From Tubiluchus corallicola (taxonomy: Eukaryota; Animalia; Priapulida): a stretch of DNA of 64,000 bases. The position numbers were made by a program, and so were the translations under genes. Every line of letters starts with the position of its first letter. Position 1 is the first letter of the stretch. The notes under the pieces are model-generated. The model worked only from the letters and a program-made list of their open reading frames with translations, was not told the DNA's origin and did no database searches. The stretch is from assembly GCA_030141605.1 (NCBI GenBank), contig JAQGDQ010000059.1, positions 620,001 through 684,000 on the forward strand, given 5' to 3'. This document shows positions 24,691 to 39,600 of the stretch, piece by piece.

Positions 24691-27600
24691 CAAATGTAGA
24701 ATTATTACAACTGCAAAAGCATCATTTCTATATAAGACAAGTAACAACTCTGCAGTTGTTTCAACACTCTTTATGTTCAAATTAAGGCAGCCTATATATA
24801 CTGCAATCAGTCATACCCTATACAGCAAAAACATACAAAAAGGCATCAAACATAAATAAGTTTGCTAGTGCATAACTTTTATAGATACTCAACTGTACAT
24901 TCAGAGGAAAATATAGATGTATAAGAAAGAAGCCAAGTTACTGTGGCTGAGTAGAAAGCATACAGAGCTGACAATTCTAAAAACACAGTATAACACCTTG
25001 TTGTAGATATTAGTACTTAAAGAGAATTCAATTTTGTTATTTTATCATTTTTTCAGGGGTTTTGTTAGAAATACGATATAACAAAATGACATAACAAAAT
25101 AAACAGGCTTTTTCAATTTGATACAATAAGTAGGTCACAAGTTCACAACACTACTTTACTTACATCATAAATGAAAAACGTAAAGTATCTATTAAGTGAA
25201 TTTAATCTAACATTTCATTCCATTTAGAGGCCCATAGTTTTTCAAATAATTAACTTAAAAAAACAATAAATTTTGTAGCTTGATGGAACCTAAAATCTCT
25301 GTTATTACTTAAATCATAATCTAAAAAAATGGAGCACTTGTGTACGCTCAATGTGAATAAAAAGTGGGGTCATCTGGTTACCTTGCAATGCAAACACTTA
25401 TCCTGCCATGTGCTTGCACAATTTTTTGCAGCTCTGTAGTTACTACTATCAAAAACAAACAATCCAAAATGTTTATTAATACCATTTTTTTGCTTTTTGA
25501 TGAACTTCATTGCCCACAATGTAGTGAAAACCAGTTACCGACGATAAAATAAATAACCTCAGCTAGCTAACGCAAACAAGATAACAGAAGAATTATTTTA
25601 ACAAGCTAAAACTGAAATATACAAGCTGAATAACCAACCCAGTACCTACTCTGTGCCTACAACCTCGCAGAATTCCATGTTTATCTATAATTATATTATT
25701 GTAGCACTTACATATTTTGATGTATAATCGTGTGGATTAAAGCTATGCAAGCACTTTAAAGTTACTGCTAATTGATTCGATGACTAATTCACATACAAAC
25801 ACAACAATTTAGTTAGCTAGAATGGCGAAATTTCTGAGTGTACTGCAGAGGCTTTGTGCCTTCGTGCTGTCCACCAGTTAACGTCATTTTTTTCAAACAT
25901 GTCCAAAGTAATGTTCGTTTGGTGGGAGATGCGAATGATTTAAATTTCTTTTTTCACTTTTAAGCAAGACATATAATGCACATATCTTATGTGGTAATTT
26001 CAGCACTTTTAAGTGTATAATAAAATGCACATGAATGTTGTCCGATGGTTGGTTTTTCTTTTAATATATTCTCATTAATTTTATATTCTCCTGATGTCCT
26101 GTAACCAAAATCTTCAAGCAAAGTAATTCCTTTTTATCAATTCTTTGTTAGTCTGAATGTATTACACTGATATTCACATTACACTTGAATTTTAATCGAG
26201 ATTACAATATACCAGTAATAATTATCATCAATATTTTCTGTCGCAAAAAGACTTCTAAGTTACACCTTCTTTTGCGAGAAGACGTCTAAGTTCTTAGACA
26301 TTCTACGTCGGTATAACGAGCAGTATACGAACACTACTTTTTAAGTGATCACTGCTTTCACTCTTTATAATCCTGATAAATTTCTGTACCTCATTTAGTA
26401 AAATACTGACCATACATACTAGTTTTTTTATTACTATCACTTATTAGTACTAAACTTGATGCTGCACAGATACAATAAAATCAAACAAAATGCAGAAATA
26501 ACCAAGATAAAACAAAGAAATGATAAAATTACATTAAGTAAACTACTGTTATAACTTACAAAATGATAAAGTTCTGCAAGAATCCTAAAATTAATAAACA
26601 ATTACTCACTTTACTAAACACGTGCCTGAATAAGTATAACAGAATTAACAGGTTTTTTGTCAGCTGACGTACGATAACATCAGCAGCTCATTCAACAGTA
26701 GTTGTGCCTAAAAAGCGCCACAAGCAAAGTATACACAATTTGCCACAAGTGATAATGTTTATTCAGTTAGTTTGTTTACCATAATTTTCCCGTAAAAATA
26801 CAAATAATTATGTAATATAATTATAGTTTAAAGGTTAATAATGATCAGCAGTAATCGTGCCTTCTTACACATCACAATTTTTTGTTTAACTACAAATATA
26901 ATAAAGTAATAACCCGGATTATTGCTCCATTTGCACTTGCCACGTTATATTTCTTTTGCACCTAAGTTTACACGTCGTAACTTTTAAATAACTACGCATA
27001 GAATTATATTACAACTCTTTTAGGATGCTATAGTTAAGTAATACCGAAAAATTAGTCATAAAAATTAATGCTTCATTGATTTGATCTACTCATATAGTAC
27101 GAAAGGCCATTATGTGAATATTGATGACATTTCACCAGCACTATAGAGTACACTGAACAACACCGAACTGACTTATGCTGTTTTATTTTTAGATAGCGTA
27201 TCTATTTAGAGTATACCCAATGTATTTGTTATGACATATTCCGTCGTAACTATACATAAAAACTACATTGGGCTAGGCCATCTTATTATTAACTTGATGG
27301 GCCGCACAGAAACATTATAGGATTAGAAAGCATAAACATTGGAAAAATAAGTTGACTTATTGCTTGTATAAACCCTTCACGTAAAATTTACTTGACATTA
27401 TTCTTAAAATTTGAATTGTTTAATATAATTTTAGTAATCAATATTTCCAGTAATTTGACATAAATGATATTGCTTCATTACCATTAACACAACTTACCAA
27501 AGTTACGTTCAGCTTCAATTTTATCGCTAGGAATGGTCCGAATACTATGGTTTATAGATATTAAAAACCTGAATTAGCAAAGCCAAAATTACAATAACAA

Positions 27601-28659
27601 ACTCGCTGTAAATTGCTAAGACTAGGCTCAGCAAGGTCTATTTAAATTTATTTGTCTGCTGTGACGTCACTTGGTAGAACGCCGCTGACTTGTGAACACA
27701 TAATTATAAGGGCATAGTTCAAACTTCAAACTCCAGGTACACCTGCTCACACACATTGACAACTCAATCGCTAAAATTAATAGATTGCAAAACTTGCCTG
27801 CCACGGTTGGCATAATCATAATGTTCATATTTGGCCAAAATGAATTGAGTCATTACATATAGTACATGTTACAAGACGAAATTTGTTGCTATGCAAAAAT
27901 CTGAGAAATATATGACTACCTCATATTAATATTATATAGCTAGTTCTACATATAGTTCATTTTTAATTAACGTTTCCTTGAATTGTATTAAAAGCATAGA
28001 AAACTTACTAAAAGAATTTTTAAAATATGCATATTAAAAATGCGTATAGACATGAATAGACTTCAATTAAATTTTCTACATTCAATGAACGAAGTTCAAA
28101 ATGCAGACAATTAATGGCTTAGAACATTGTTATCGATAAAAATTGTTGCATGGCCGATATCTGTAGTTGCAGGTGTGTATGACACTCCCTAAATAATTAA
28201 AAAATTGCCTGCAATCATATTTTCTGGTTGTAAGTACGTACGTTAACGTAAATGAACTTTGATTAAAAGTCCTATGTGGAATTAAGAAGAAAGAGAAAAC
28301 GTTTCATGTTTTTTATCTTCAGGTGAAAGATTAAAAACGGGGAAAATCCCATGAAATTTAGTACAAGTACCAACTGTTTGGGCTTTTTTAGAACGTTTAG
28401 CAAGATGAACAAAAAAATATTACATTTAAAAAACGATACAATCACTAAGGTAAAAGCATAGACACGGTGAAACAAGGCCACAAGGTAAGCACAAAAGCAT
28501 AAAAGCACAATCAAATCTTAGAGTGAGGCAAAACGTATCTGGTAACAAACTTTTGGTTATGTTGTAGGATTCATGCTGAAGGCTGACCTGAATGGCCATT
28601 AAGCCCATCTTTTCTTCCTAATAATTATAAATCTGTAAAATAAAAACCCGTATACTTTT

Positions 28660-29570
28660 TTGTCTGTGAGCATTGTGGATTTAAGACAATCCATACGCTG
28701 TTTTTTTTTCGTAATCATTATGTTGGGCAACCGGTATCTTACACATCCACTATCTTAGCATGCAGAGAGCTAGAATCACGAAACTTGTGGCATGTATATC
28801 TGAGTTAATGGCAGTGAAAGTGATATGCTGAATGACGACCTCGATCATGAAGTCAATGACACCAGACATCAATCAGTTTTTTTCGATTTCCATTCAACTC
28901 CTCCTAAGGCTTTTAGTTAAATTCATAAGTGTTGCAGGGTACAGGTGTATACCAGGAGATTCTTTAAGGACCCGAGATAAGATCCAAAATACGCCATGTT
29001 CAGTAACTCTAAAACTATAGTAACTAGAATCATGGAACTTGATGGAAAAACTGCTGATGTACGAGAACAGTTAGTTGTATAGTTAAAAAAGCTAGAATTG
29101 CCTAACAGCAAACATAGAAGCCAAAGTATGAAAATTGAGAGCATCCATGCAGTTTTAACTCCTCGTCGGCTTCAAGTTATATTGGAAATTTTTCGTACGT
29201 ATTGAGCATTTGTGGCATAAATGCACAGTACATACCTAGACTTTAAAAAATGGGATTCTATAAAGACCTGCGATAAGTGCCAAAATGCGTTACATTGAGT
29301 AACTGTAAACATTTAATAGCTTGAGTCACAAAATTGCAGAGACAAAGGGGTTCCAACAAATTTATGGTTTAAAAAAGCTGGAGTTGTTTAGACTTAAGAT
29401 AACAGCTGAAATGTAAACCTTTCTGGCATAAGGTTTTAAATGATGGTAACTTTAACTCACAAATGCAACAAGCTGTAGTCACGAAATTTTCAGGGTAGAC
29501 ACCTGTATACATATCATAACTGTATGTATCATAAATGTGTGGTGACCTCGGTCACAGGGTGGACGACATT
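28660..29570. repeat. Probable decayed interspersed repeat with internal subrepeats
   Basis: Repeated motifs tcacgaaacttgtggcatgtat / tcacgaaattttcagggta and tgac(gac)ctcg.tca. No credible ORF. Confidence 0.35.
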
Positions 29571-30164
29571 TGTTACTCTTTTATGGTAATAGCAGTAGGT
29601 AGTAGTAAAAATTCTATTTATTGCCGAAATTTTAAAAAGTGCAACATTAGCCGAGTGTTATTTTCTGACAGATTAAAAAAAGTACTGTAGATTACTAACA
29701 TATAAAGCTTTTCGAATAAAGGAAATAAAAAAAATAAAGAATTTTAGAACAATGCACACATTCAGCTCTCTTTTTATAAGGCTTAGATTGATCAAGTTAA
29801 ATTTAAAAAATTTTCGTCTATTGTTTAGGTGTTGCAAGGTAATAAACTACTTTTTTACATGCAGTCAAATGATGAACACGGTCATACTCGCATACTTGGC
29901 TCTGAATTCATTTAGTCTTGCTCATATAATTTATTATTATATCTTTAATTTATTTAGCAGCTGTTTGAATAAATCGTTACTGATAATAGATATAATTTGG
30001 AAGAAAGACCCAGTTTGGTGAAAAATAACTATGTTTGTTTAAATACACCAAATAGCATTTTCGCGCTGTTAGCCAGTTAACCTGCCAGCGAGTGTCACTG
30101 TCATTAGTAAATTCACTGAGGTTTGAGCACTTAAGCAATACAGGTGAGCATTCTCTGTCAGAAA

Positions 30165-30560
30165 GTGAATTCGAATCGAAACGAATTTGTGACTTTTGAA
30201 CTCAAATCAAACAGAACTTCGAGATTTAGAATCTGAATATAATACAATTGTAAACATTTTCGAATCATAAATAAAAAGCGGTCTCACAAAGAGCATGCAT
30301 ATTACATTATTTATTCCATGGTAAAAACACTAATAATTGTCTAAAAATTGTGCACAGAACTCTCAGCTAAATTGCGCCGATTGCATGCTCTTTTAAATGT
30401 TTTAACAACAAGGAACGCATGCTCATTATATCATACATGTTGTTGAAGTCTTGAATTATTTGAATCTGTTACTTTAGGTTCGATTCGAATTCGAACTAAA
30501 AAAAATTCGTTCGAATCGAATGTGGACTCGAACGTTCGATATTCAGTTATTCACGCCTAT
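30165..30560. mobile_element. MITE-like element with TTCGAA/ATCGAA-rich subterminal arrays, ending ~130 bp upstream of the RRS1 ATG
   Basis: gaattcgaatcgaaacgaatt on the left; ttcgattcgaattcgaa...ttcgttcgaatcgaa...ttcgatattc on the right. An internal segment is shared with 11985-12085. A (TA)n run follows. Confidence 0.6.
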
Positions 30561-30686
30561 ATATATATATATATAATTCACCCTTATTGAGCAGGCTGAA
30601 GTCTGAAATGGAGGCTTCATGTGACAGACCGAAACTCAAATTGCTTTCTGCACTTTTTCAAGTTTACGCTTTTGCATTGTTTCAAT

Positions 30687-33600
30687 ATGTCAGCCACCGT
30701 GGTAAATAATGTTTTACAGCAAGTCGCCGACAAGGAAGCTAAATTCAAACCCATAACAGTAAATAAAGAGCTGGATGTTGAAGTTGACCCAGGGAACTTA
30801 CTAGCCTGTGATCCCAATTATTTGACAGAGCAAAAGTTTCGGTAAGCGAATTAATGTTTTTACTTAGTGCTGGAGTTTGGCAAAACTATCACTATCAGTA
30901 TCATAAGTGTAAAAAAGTAAGGATCAGTATGTATGCATCAAACTATTCTAGTATTGAAGGGCTACCTAAATGTAAGCTCAGATTTTAAACAGTGCCAAAT
31001 GATTGTCGTGAAGTGATCAATTGCAAAAAAGTGATTCTGTGTACTTTACTTTTCCTGCCTTAACTTATTTGAGTGCCAGTCAGTTGTAAGAGGGGGTACT
31101 GTGGAAGCATGGTATAATTTAATCATTTTATTAAGCTGAAACTCGACCATCAAATAATTAAGGAACTCGACCACTAATGGTGCACTGAAGGCACATATTC
31201 CTCAACCGAACTCAAGTTTAACCGAATGATGATCCGCATACACTGAATGAAGCTACTTAACCGAATTCGGAACAAAGTATCAAGTTAAATTGGAATACCA
31301 GGTCGAAGTTTGTTGTCTGGTGTTCACTGCTTATTATCACCTTTTTTCGCATAACTTTTTGTAAGTATCATATGAAATTATTTGGTTTGCTTAATATAAT
31401 TTTCACCAAATATGACAGTCATTAAAAATGCAAGGGATTGCAACCTGTAAAGAAAGGGCGGAATTTGAAGGTAGTTTGATACTTTAAAGGTGGAAAAGTG
31501 CTGAAGGTCCGAGGTTCCTAAATTACCCTTTTTTAATAACCAAAGCCGAAAAGCGTGAGTAGAAAGAGAAACATATTTATATGCAGAACACCATACTTAC
31601 TTGTGTTTTAAGTTGCTAAAAAAAGGAGAAACAGTTAATTGAAATGCTAACATATATATTTTACAATATTTACATACGCAAACAACATTAATAACAATGC
31701 AACAAACAAACAATATTAATTGACATAATTCAACTACAGATATCGGTCATGCAAAAATCTTTATCGAAAGCAATGTTTGAATCCATTAATTGTCATCATT
31801 TTGAACTTCGTTCATTAAATGTAGAAAATTTAATTGAAGTCTGTTCATTCCATATGTATATTTTAAAAAAATTTTTAGTGAGTTTTCTATGCTTTTTAAT
31901 GCAATTCAAGCAAACATTAATTAAAAAGAAAATGAACTATATGTAAAACCAGCTATATAATATTAATATGAGGTAGTCATGTATTGCTTAGATTTTTGTA
32001 AAGCATCAGATTGTGTCTCGCAACTCGTACTATGTGCAGATTGTGCACTGACTCAGTTCATTAAGGACAAATATGAACATTATGATTATGCCAACCATGG
32101 CAGGCAAGTTTTGGAATTTATTATTTTTAGCAATTAAGTTGTCAATATTGATTGACATAAGCATAAACATTTATGAAAACTAATCTAAAGACAAGCTGTC
32201 TAACGGAGTAATGTTCTGTGTGCTCTAAGACACAGTATCTAGGCATTACCAACGATTTAGTTTGGCAGAAGGCTTTTAGAACATACGATATTCATAATAT
32301 CTAAAAATAGGTTAGGTACAAGTTTAACATCACATATGCCATGCAAGGTTAAAACTACCTATGAATGCGGCTTCAACGTGTTGAAACTGTTTTACTCTTG
32401 CAACAGTCCACGACACAATCGATGTTTACCGGACCGGATTTTTGTACTGATATTCGGGATAAAAATTCGGAGTGCCTACTATATTTGCAGTACTGCATGC
32501 TTACAGTTAAAATGCTTCAGAGTAGTGAAAGTACTGCATTGTAACTTGGCACTAATCAAAGGTCACACGGGTGGCAGTCTTAGGTTTTTGTGTAGGTTTG
32601 CCTCAGAAGTAATTTGAGCTAGTGAACGAAAGATTTCAGCAGGATAGTCAATGACTTCAGCATGTCAACCTTATAAAGAAATCAAACAGAGACAAACATG
32701 TTAATAAAAAATTATTAATGGTATTTTGATTGCCTTGTAAAATTCGCATTGTTGATAATTGTTGTAAAAACAATATCAATGAAAACAAAGGGGGGTATGT
32801 TTGCACGTCAGTGCTAGTATTGTTGGAGTGCACCTCGGTAAAGTCACCAAATCTAAGTTAAAAAGTTGTTTTATGCTGTATCAAGTAAAAGCAAACACAT
32901 AATGTTTTTCTACTAGTTGCACTAATAGACTACTCAGTTTACTGATGCTGCCAGAAGATGCTTCTAGTAGGCCTAAACAAAACTGAATAAATTACGATCT
33001 AAATCTGTGAGCATGATTGTGTTTAACACTTCATGGTGCTTGATCCATGTGGTTTGCTTATGTCTGAGTTCCTACCCCATCTGTCTACTCTACCTTGTGT
33101 AGTCTTGTGTAGTAGACTGTGTGCATAGTATAGTTTTAGAATTAATTGATGTTACCAAATCCTCGAAATGACTAGGGTCACCATTCACTATATCATTATC
33201 AAGGCTCTTAGCACAGTTTTGTACCCTGTAAGTTTTGTTTTCAAGTTAATATCTAATGATAATAGTAATTGAAGTTGGACGTGCTTAAGAAAACTAGAAA
33301 CCTAACATGAACAACAAGGAAAAAGTGTATTGGTTTTCTTATATCCATGCTGTTTATAAAGGTGTGAGTTTTACTCACTGCTTCATTAGCCTACCTTCTT
33401 GCACTTTACCTGCATCTTGTATACACACTGGGGCACCTATAGTTTCTTGTTCAGTTGTCAGATGTGTGAATTAAATAACCTCCAAGAATTTCATTATTTT
33501 TTGCATTTGAGCAAAAATACATAAATTACATATTAATAATTTGTAAAATAGAATATAGTAATTACAATTTTTCCGAATTTTTTTTAGAACAAGTCTATAA

Positions 33601-36600
33601 GAAAAGGTAACAAAATAGTTGACTTTTGCAATATAAACTTTAAACCGTATTACTGTCTATCATCCTATATTAAATCAGTTTGCGTCTTATAGTTTATCAT
33701 TTGCTGCTAAAATTTACAGAGGGAATCGAGCAGAATTGGAGCTGTATCTGAAGTCATTAGCCCGAGACAACACACAGATTCTTCTTAATAAAATCTGGGA
33801 GGTAGGTTGAATAAAATTTTTAATTTGTCTTACATGATTTTTAAGATATTTCTCGTATCACTGTTTTTACTTCAGTTTTGCACCTATTATGCCTTTATAA
33901 GTTCCATTTTACAGACGCCAACTGATGTGCATCTGTAAAAGGTGTGATTCACCCTGTTATTATTTTCCTAACATTTATGTGCAACTTCTGTTTAGAAATT
34001 TACAGAGAACTTTGGTTCCAGAACCAATACTCTGCAATCCTATTCATTAGAGCATGGAAGCAATACTGCAGCTCGTACTTTTAATGTCACTTTATTCAAA
34101 GTCATTGTCCACAAAAAACCTGCCCAGTGGTCTTCTGCCTGGATGAGTTCTAAGCTGGTGAGCTTCAGCTATAGTGAGCTTTTACCTGAGTGAGCACTTA
34201 CCTGGTCAGTTCTCACATAACAATTTATACCTTAGAAAATTCCACTTTAGTGTTTTCTATGCCAGTTGGCAACAGCAGCAGGCTATAGCCTTATAAGCTC
34301 CAATTTGATACCTCCATTGTCTGGCCTCCATATTTTGCATGTCATGTAGTAATGGGTAAAGCATGTGACGATGTACTGGCATGAGTGACTAGAGTCACAT
34401 GCGTCCACATTATAAAATAAGGTTTTTGTAAGACTGCTATTTAATATTGTACACATTTAAGATAGTAGCATAAGTTATTAATAGTAGTAATACTATTAGA
34501 TACTAATCAGCAGTGACTAGTTAATAATGGACCTAGTACCTGCATATTTAACGTATAATTAGTAATGAATAATTTGTCTTATTAGCTGCATCACATTGTG
34601 AAAATAAAATATTTTTTTGCAAAAAAAGTTTTTGCAGAGAAAATAATTGTTTTTGCTTTTCTTTCTTTTATGTAGCTACCTACAGAGAGGAAAGAAGATG
34701 TCATAATTGCTAAGGTAATATTTCTTTTATATGAACATCACACAATAATCTTACTTTGCAGTGTACCACTTATTTTGCATGTCACCCAGTGGGTGTATCA
34801 TGTCAACCATTCAAAAGAGTGTTACTTACAGTCAGAATGTTCCTTTTTTACATAAAGTATGTCATTTTTACAATAAATTCACTGACTGTTAAACCAATTC
34901 ATTTTTAAGAACTACTTACTACTTTATGCATGTTTTGCTGGCAAAGTCATATTTTTGAGAGCTTATCTTGTTTCTTTTAGAATTTATTTGCTAATTCTAA
35001 ACTTATTGTAGTAATACCGGCAGTTTACAAAATTTGGCAGCAATTAACGAAGAGCAATAATTAATGTGTAATTATTTGCACAACTAAAACTGTGTGAGCT
35101 AGTTTTCTTTTAGTTTAATAAATATGGTGTTACTGTCCTACAGTTGTGGTATTTTTTCAGCTGCCGCCTCCTACTTATCGACTACCAAGAGAAAAGAAAG
35201 TGGGTATTTTATTTAACTATATAGATTCCCTATAATAATAAAATTGTATGCTGATTAAGTTCTACTCACATTTCTCTAAATCTGTTTTAATTAAGAGGCT
35301 CTGTAACACAATTACATTTGTAAGCTTTTAATTTTTTAATTGATTTGGTACTTTTTGTAACATGCAGTTTGTTGCTTTTCATTTATAATCAGCTATGTAT
35401 ATCCATTTGTGTTTGGTAAAGTATAGAGCTGGTCCTTCTAAAATATAGGTTCAGTAATGAGATAAGAAACTTTTCTAATTTTGTATCTTATGCTCGTTGT
35501 TATAAACTGCGGAAACCAGAAACCTTTGTCATCAAAATGCACGCTGTGCACTTTTTTGCCTGATTACACCCAAACCCCTTTTTCAGATCCCAAAGCCAAA
35601 ACCACCAACTAAATGGGAGCTATTTGCACGTGCAAAGGGAATAAATAAACAGAAGAAAGGGCGCATGGTTTGGGATGAGCAGAGCAAGACATATAAACCT
35701 AGATGGGGTTATAAAAGGGCAAATGATGATACTAAGGACTGGCTGATAGAAGTTCCAGGAAATGCTGGTATAATTTCCTTGTAACCGTAAAAATAATGTA
35801 AAGTTAATTCTTAATTATCCAAACTGCATTAATTTAATTACATGATATAAGATGACTTTATAACAAATTCTTTTCGTCTGTCTGCCATCTATTGCTGTCT
35901 GTGTTTTTAAAATACATCTAAATTTAATTTAGATACAGTTAAATTTAACCAAAAATTATGCATCACAGCATTCCTTATTTACCAGATCCGTACGAAGACC
36001 AGTTTGCAAAACGTAAAGAAGCGAAGAAGGAACGCATAGCAAAGAACGAGCTGCAACGGTACAGGAACATTATCAAATCCAAAGGCAAACATAATACAAA
36101 AGGTAAAACAGCTAAGTGCATTTGACTTTGCATGTCTCTGACCCAATGAATGTGCTTATTCTGCTCCATATTTTTTACCTGTCAAATAATTTAATAGAAT
36201 GCAATTAATTAATTTGTCACTTTAAAATATGTTACTCCCCACTTTTTTTTATTTTATACTTTCAATATTAAATAATTAGTTCATTTCTAATAAATTTCAG
36301 TTAGGAGACATCTTCTAATCAGTGGCGTGCAGTGTGTTGTGGTTGCTGTGTAAGTTTATTAAAACTCGGTGATCTTTTATTGGGGTTTGCCAAGTTGCAT
36401 TAACGTAACGTAACGCATTGGGTTTTGCCATAATCGCGAATTAACTTAAGTCATAAACTGGTTGAAAGTTTCCAACTTTAGTAACTTCATTAGCGTGCAT
36501 ATCTGAATAAAGAGACTTACCTAGTCTGTTCATTAAGTCTTTAATCTGTGGTGTTGCATTGTGAGTATTATTACAGCAACTAAGTGCACTTGCTGACTGT

Positions 36601-39600
36601 TCTTCTAGGTGCTGCAAATTTCTTTGCTTTGTCTAGCACTGTCGATCCGTGATTCTATTTCCAGCCCATGGGAGGGAAAGTTCTACCTCGCTGCATTCAC
36701 ATTTTACAAAATGTTTACGTGAAGGTTGAGTTAACAGTTGGCAAATCGGGAAAAGGGAGGTTACAATTAAAATCTTCATTAAAAGATAGGCAGTCTCCCA
36801 ATCAAATTGGGGGAACTGGAATGTCTGCAGTACAGAATTTTTTGTAACTAATACAGATCCAGGATTCCAGATGTTGTAATTCAGAAACTGTGTCCCGTTT
36901 AAACACAGGCTTTGCTTCAAAGATGCAGACTGTTGGTGTTTTGTAATCGCATGATAAAGAACAGCCTGCACTCATAGTTTTGTGTAGTTTTACTTGAGGT
37001 TTTCTGGAGCAGGCTTGTAGCATCATGCAGAGTCGTTCTTATTAAAATTACATGTAGATGCTGAATTGCTGATGCTATGTGCTGTTTTTAAGTTTCTAAA
37101 TTCACCCAAGGTGAATAAACGGCGGCGTTTTTCGCACACTTAGGTATAGGATGAAAAATATTGCCATTGCTAACTGTGATTGGATGAATTCAATGTAGCC
37201 ACCACTTCGAATGCCTCATGTAATATTGTAACTATGTGTACAGTTTCATGTTGGATGATACCATGAATGCCTGCAGCTGCATTGCTGCCCATTGTGATTA
37301 TTTCAGGAGCGGTTGATCATGTAGCCTACCAATATTGTACAATACAACATCAAATGGCAATGAATATTAGCTACAACAGTTGCCTTATTAGAAATGCCAC
37401 TGCTCCTAATATTTCATTACGAAATAATACACAAAAATGAAAGCAACAAAACTTTCGTTTTCCAATAATACTAGAATCTTGAGTGTTCCTCTTTCTAGGC
37501 ACTCATTTTAATAACTGTGTTATAGACTAGCTGCTAAAGTCGGTATTCCTGCAATCCCATTTACATCTTTTTTGTCAGCAGTACAGAAACTTTAGTGAAG
37601 ATTTAAGTTACTGCTTTCTTCTGTTGCTTTTGTTTAGAAACAATGATTTGTTATCAACTCTTATTATCATAGCTGAACATACTGAAATTATTCCGACTGA
37701 GAATCCTTCCAAGCAACAAGTTGCAAAAGCCCTAGCTGTTGCTAAAGTTTCTACGCCATCATTAGGCAAGTTTTCCAAAAAGATTCCAAAAGAAGAGAAG
37801 CACATAAAGGTTTCAAAAAAACGAAAGGTTGGTACTGATTCTTGAAAAATATTTTTATTCTGTATTCTTAATGTTGTCAAAATGCTTAAATAAAGCTTTC
37901 TGTTTGATTAATTAGTAATATATTTAAAAGTTTCTACATATTTCTGCTATGGATTATGGTGATTCTAACAGATGAAAACTTTTTATATTTAGCCATAGAT
38001 AGTTATAAAAATTGTACCAGCATATAATGACTTCCCTTTTATTTGCTCACAATTGAAAATTATTGTAGTTGGTCTACTGCACTGCTGCAGCTTAGCTGAG
38101 CTATAGTGTTGTTTCTATTTTTTATGGTCTTTGAAGGATGATTTGTAATATGAATTGGAAGAAATTAATGTGAATTTTATGTCTAGTAATGGCGCATTCA
38201 GACTGTGCGTTTTCTCGTCAAATAAATTCACCAAGTAGCTCGCAAGAACTTGGAGAGTTGCTGCAAGCTACTTTGCGACAGTAAGCATGAGCTGACACTC
38301 CTTTCACTATTCACAGCAAGAAGTGTTTAGAGTAGCACACCGCGGCATTCACACTAGACAGTAGCTCACAAAAAATCACCTTTTTCTCTGATAGAAATTT
38401 GAAAGAGACCTGTTTCATCTACATTAAAAATGTCTTTTTCTTCATATCTTGACAGTAACTTTGGCAATTTACTTTTTAACCAATCATTAACTGATATCTC
38501 TAGACAGCATTGACTTTTTTGCAAATATGATGAAAAGTGACACCCTCATGTTTTTTTCAAAACTGAAAGTAAGTCTCATACTACTGGCAAATTCGCTTGC
38601 TTCCTCTTTAAGAAGCAGCACATTTACAGGAGCTCCTTTATTTCTTTGGTATTTCAGCCAAATGAAAAGTGCATCTTCCACATCTTGAGAAGTAGATTTC
38701 CTTTTACTGAAGTCATCAAATCCTTTTTCTGACATTTTTATGTTGTTTTTTATTGTCGACAGAGCACTGTGTGAAAGTCTGTAACCTTCACTTATCTGTT
38801 TTGTACCACTTTCGATTTTATGAAGTAGTGCTCTTATTTTTATTGAAATGGTATTTCATGCCCACTTCATTCTGACTGTAAATTACAATTATTGCAGTGT
38901 ACATAGCTACATACTCATCAGCACATCCGCATGTGCTGCATTTGTTGCACATTGCTTTATGCATGATTAATAAATTAATGCCCATGGTGTACAGTGAATT
39001 TTTTTCTTAGTGAATAATTAGTGCTCATTTACCCATTATTTTAGAACTCATGCACATAAATGGGGGACATATGTTCCCAGGGCTGTAAAGTTCTCTCGTA
39101 ATAAATAAAAATTCGAATATCTGAGGTTGCTTGCTTTAGGCAAGGTTTTTATTATTAACATCATTTTATTTCGAATATACTTTACATAAGTAATTCATAA
39201 TAAAAATGGTTAGCAGTCAAGATTATTCACACATTTAGTAAAAAAAACAACGTGACGATAGTAAAAAGAATTAATGGGCCTAGTATTTTTGATAAAATAT
39301 ATGAGCAGTACTATTATACATTATTTAAGCCTAAGATTTTATGGGACTTTGAAATTTGCTTGGAATAACCAGAGGCTCTTTGTCACTGTCATTATAAGTG
39401 GATTATACTGTAGTTACTGTTTCGTATAGATAAGGCTGTCTTGTGATTCTTCAGATTGCTATGACCTGTTGTCCGAAAATGTTTTAATATGAATTTATTT
39501 ACTTAAATGTTAAAATGCTTATGAGAAGAAAATTCATTGTTATTGTTTTTTCTGTCTAGTTTGAGTCAAATATTGGCAACGTCAGATCCGAAAAGCAACG

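Noticed and set aside
33010-33070. Possible C/D snoRNA in an RRS1 intron (ATGATT...CTGA)
   Set aside because: The C box is imperfect, there is no terminal stem, and no recognisable rRNA guide.
36633-37026. Cys-containing minus-strand ORFs in RRS1 intron 6
   Set aside because: No recognisable domain or splice context; probably a decayed TE fragment that I cannot classify.
39415-39470. Minus-strand CTGAAGA...CGAAAC resembling a hammerhead ribozyme core
   Set aside because: Stem II does not close and I could not form stems I and III.
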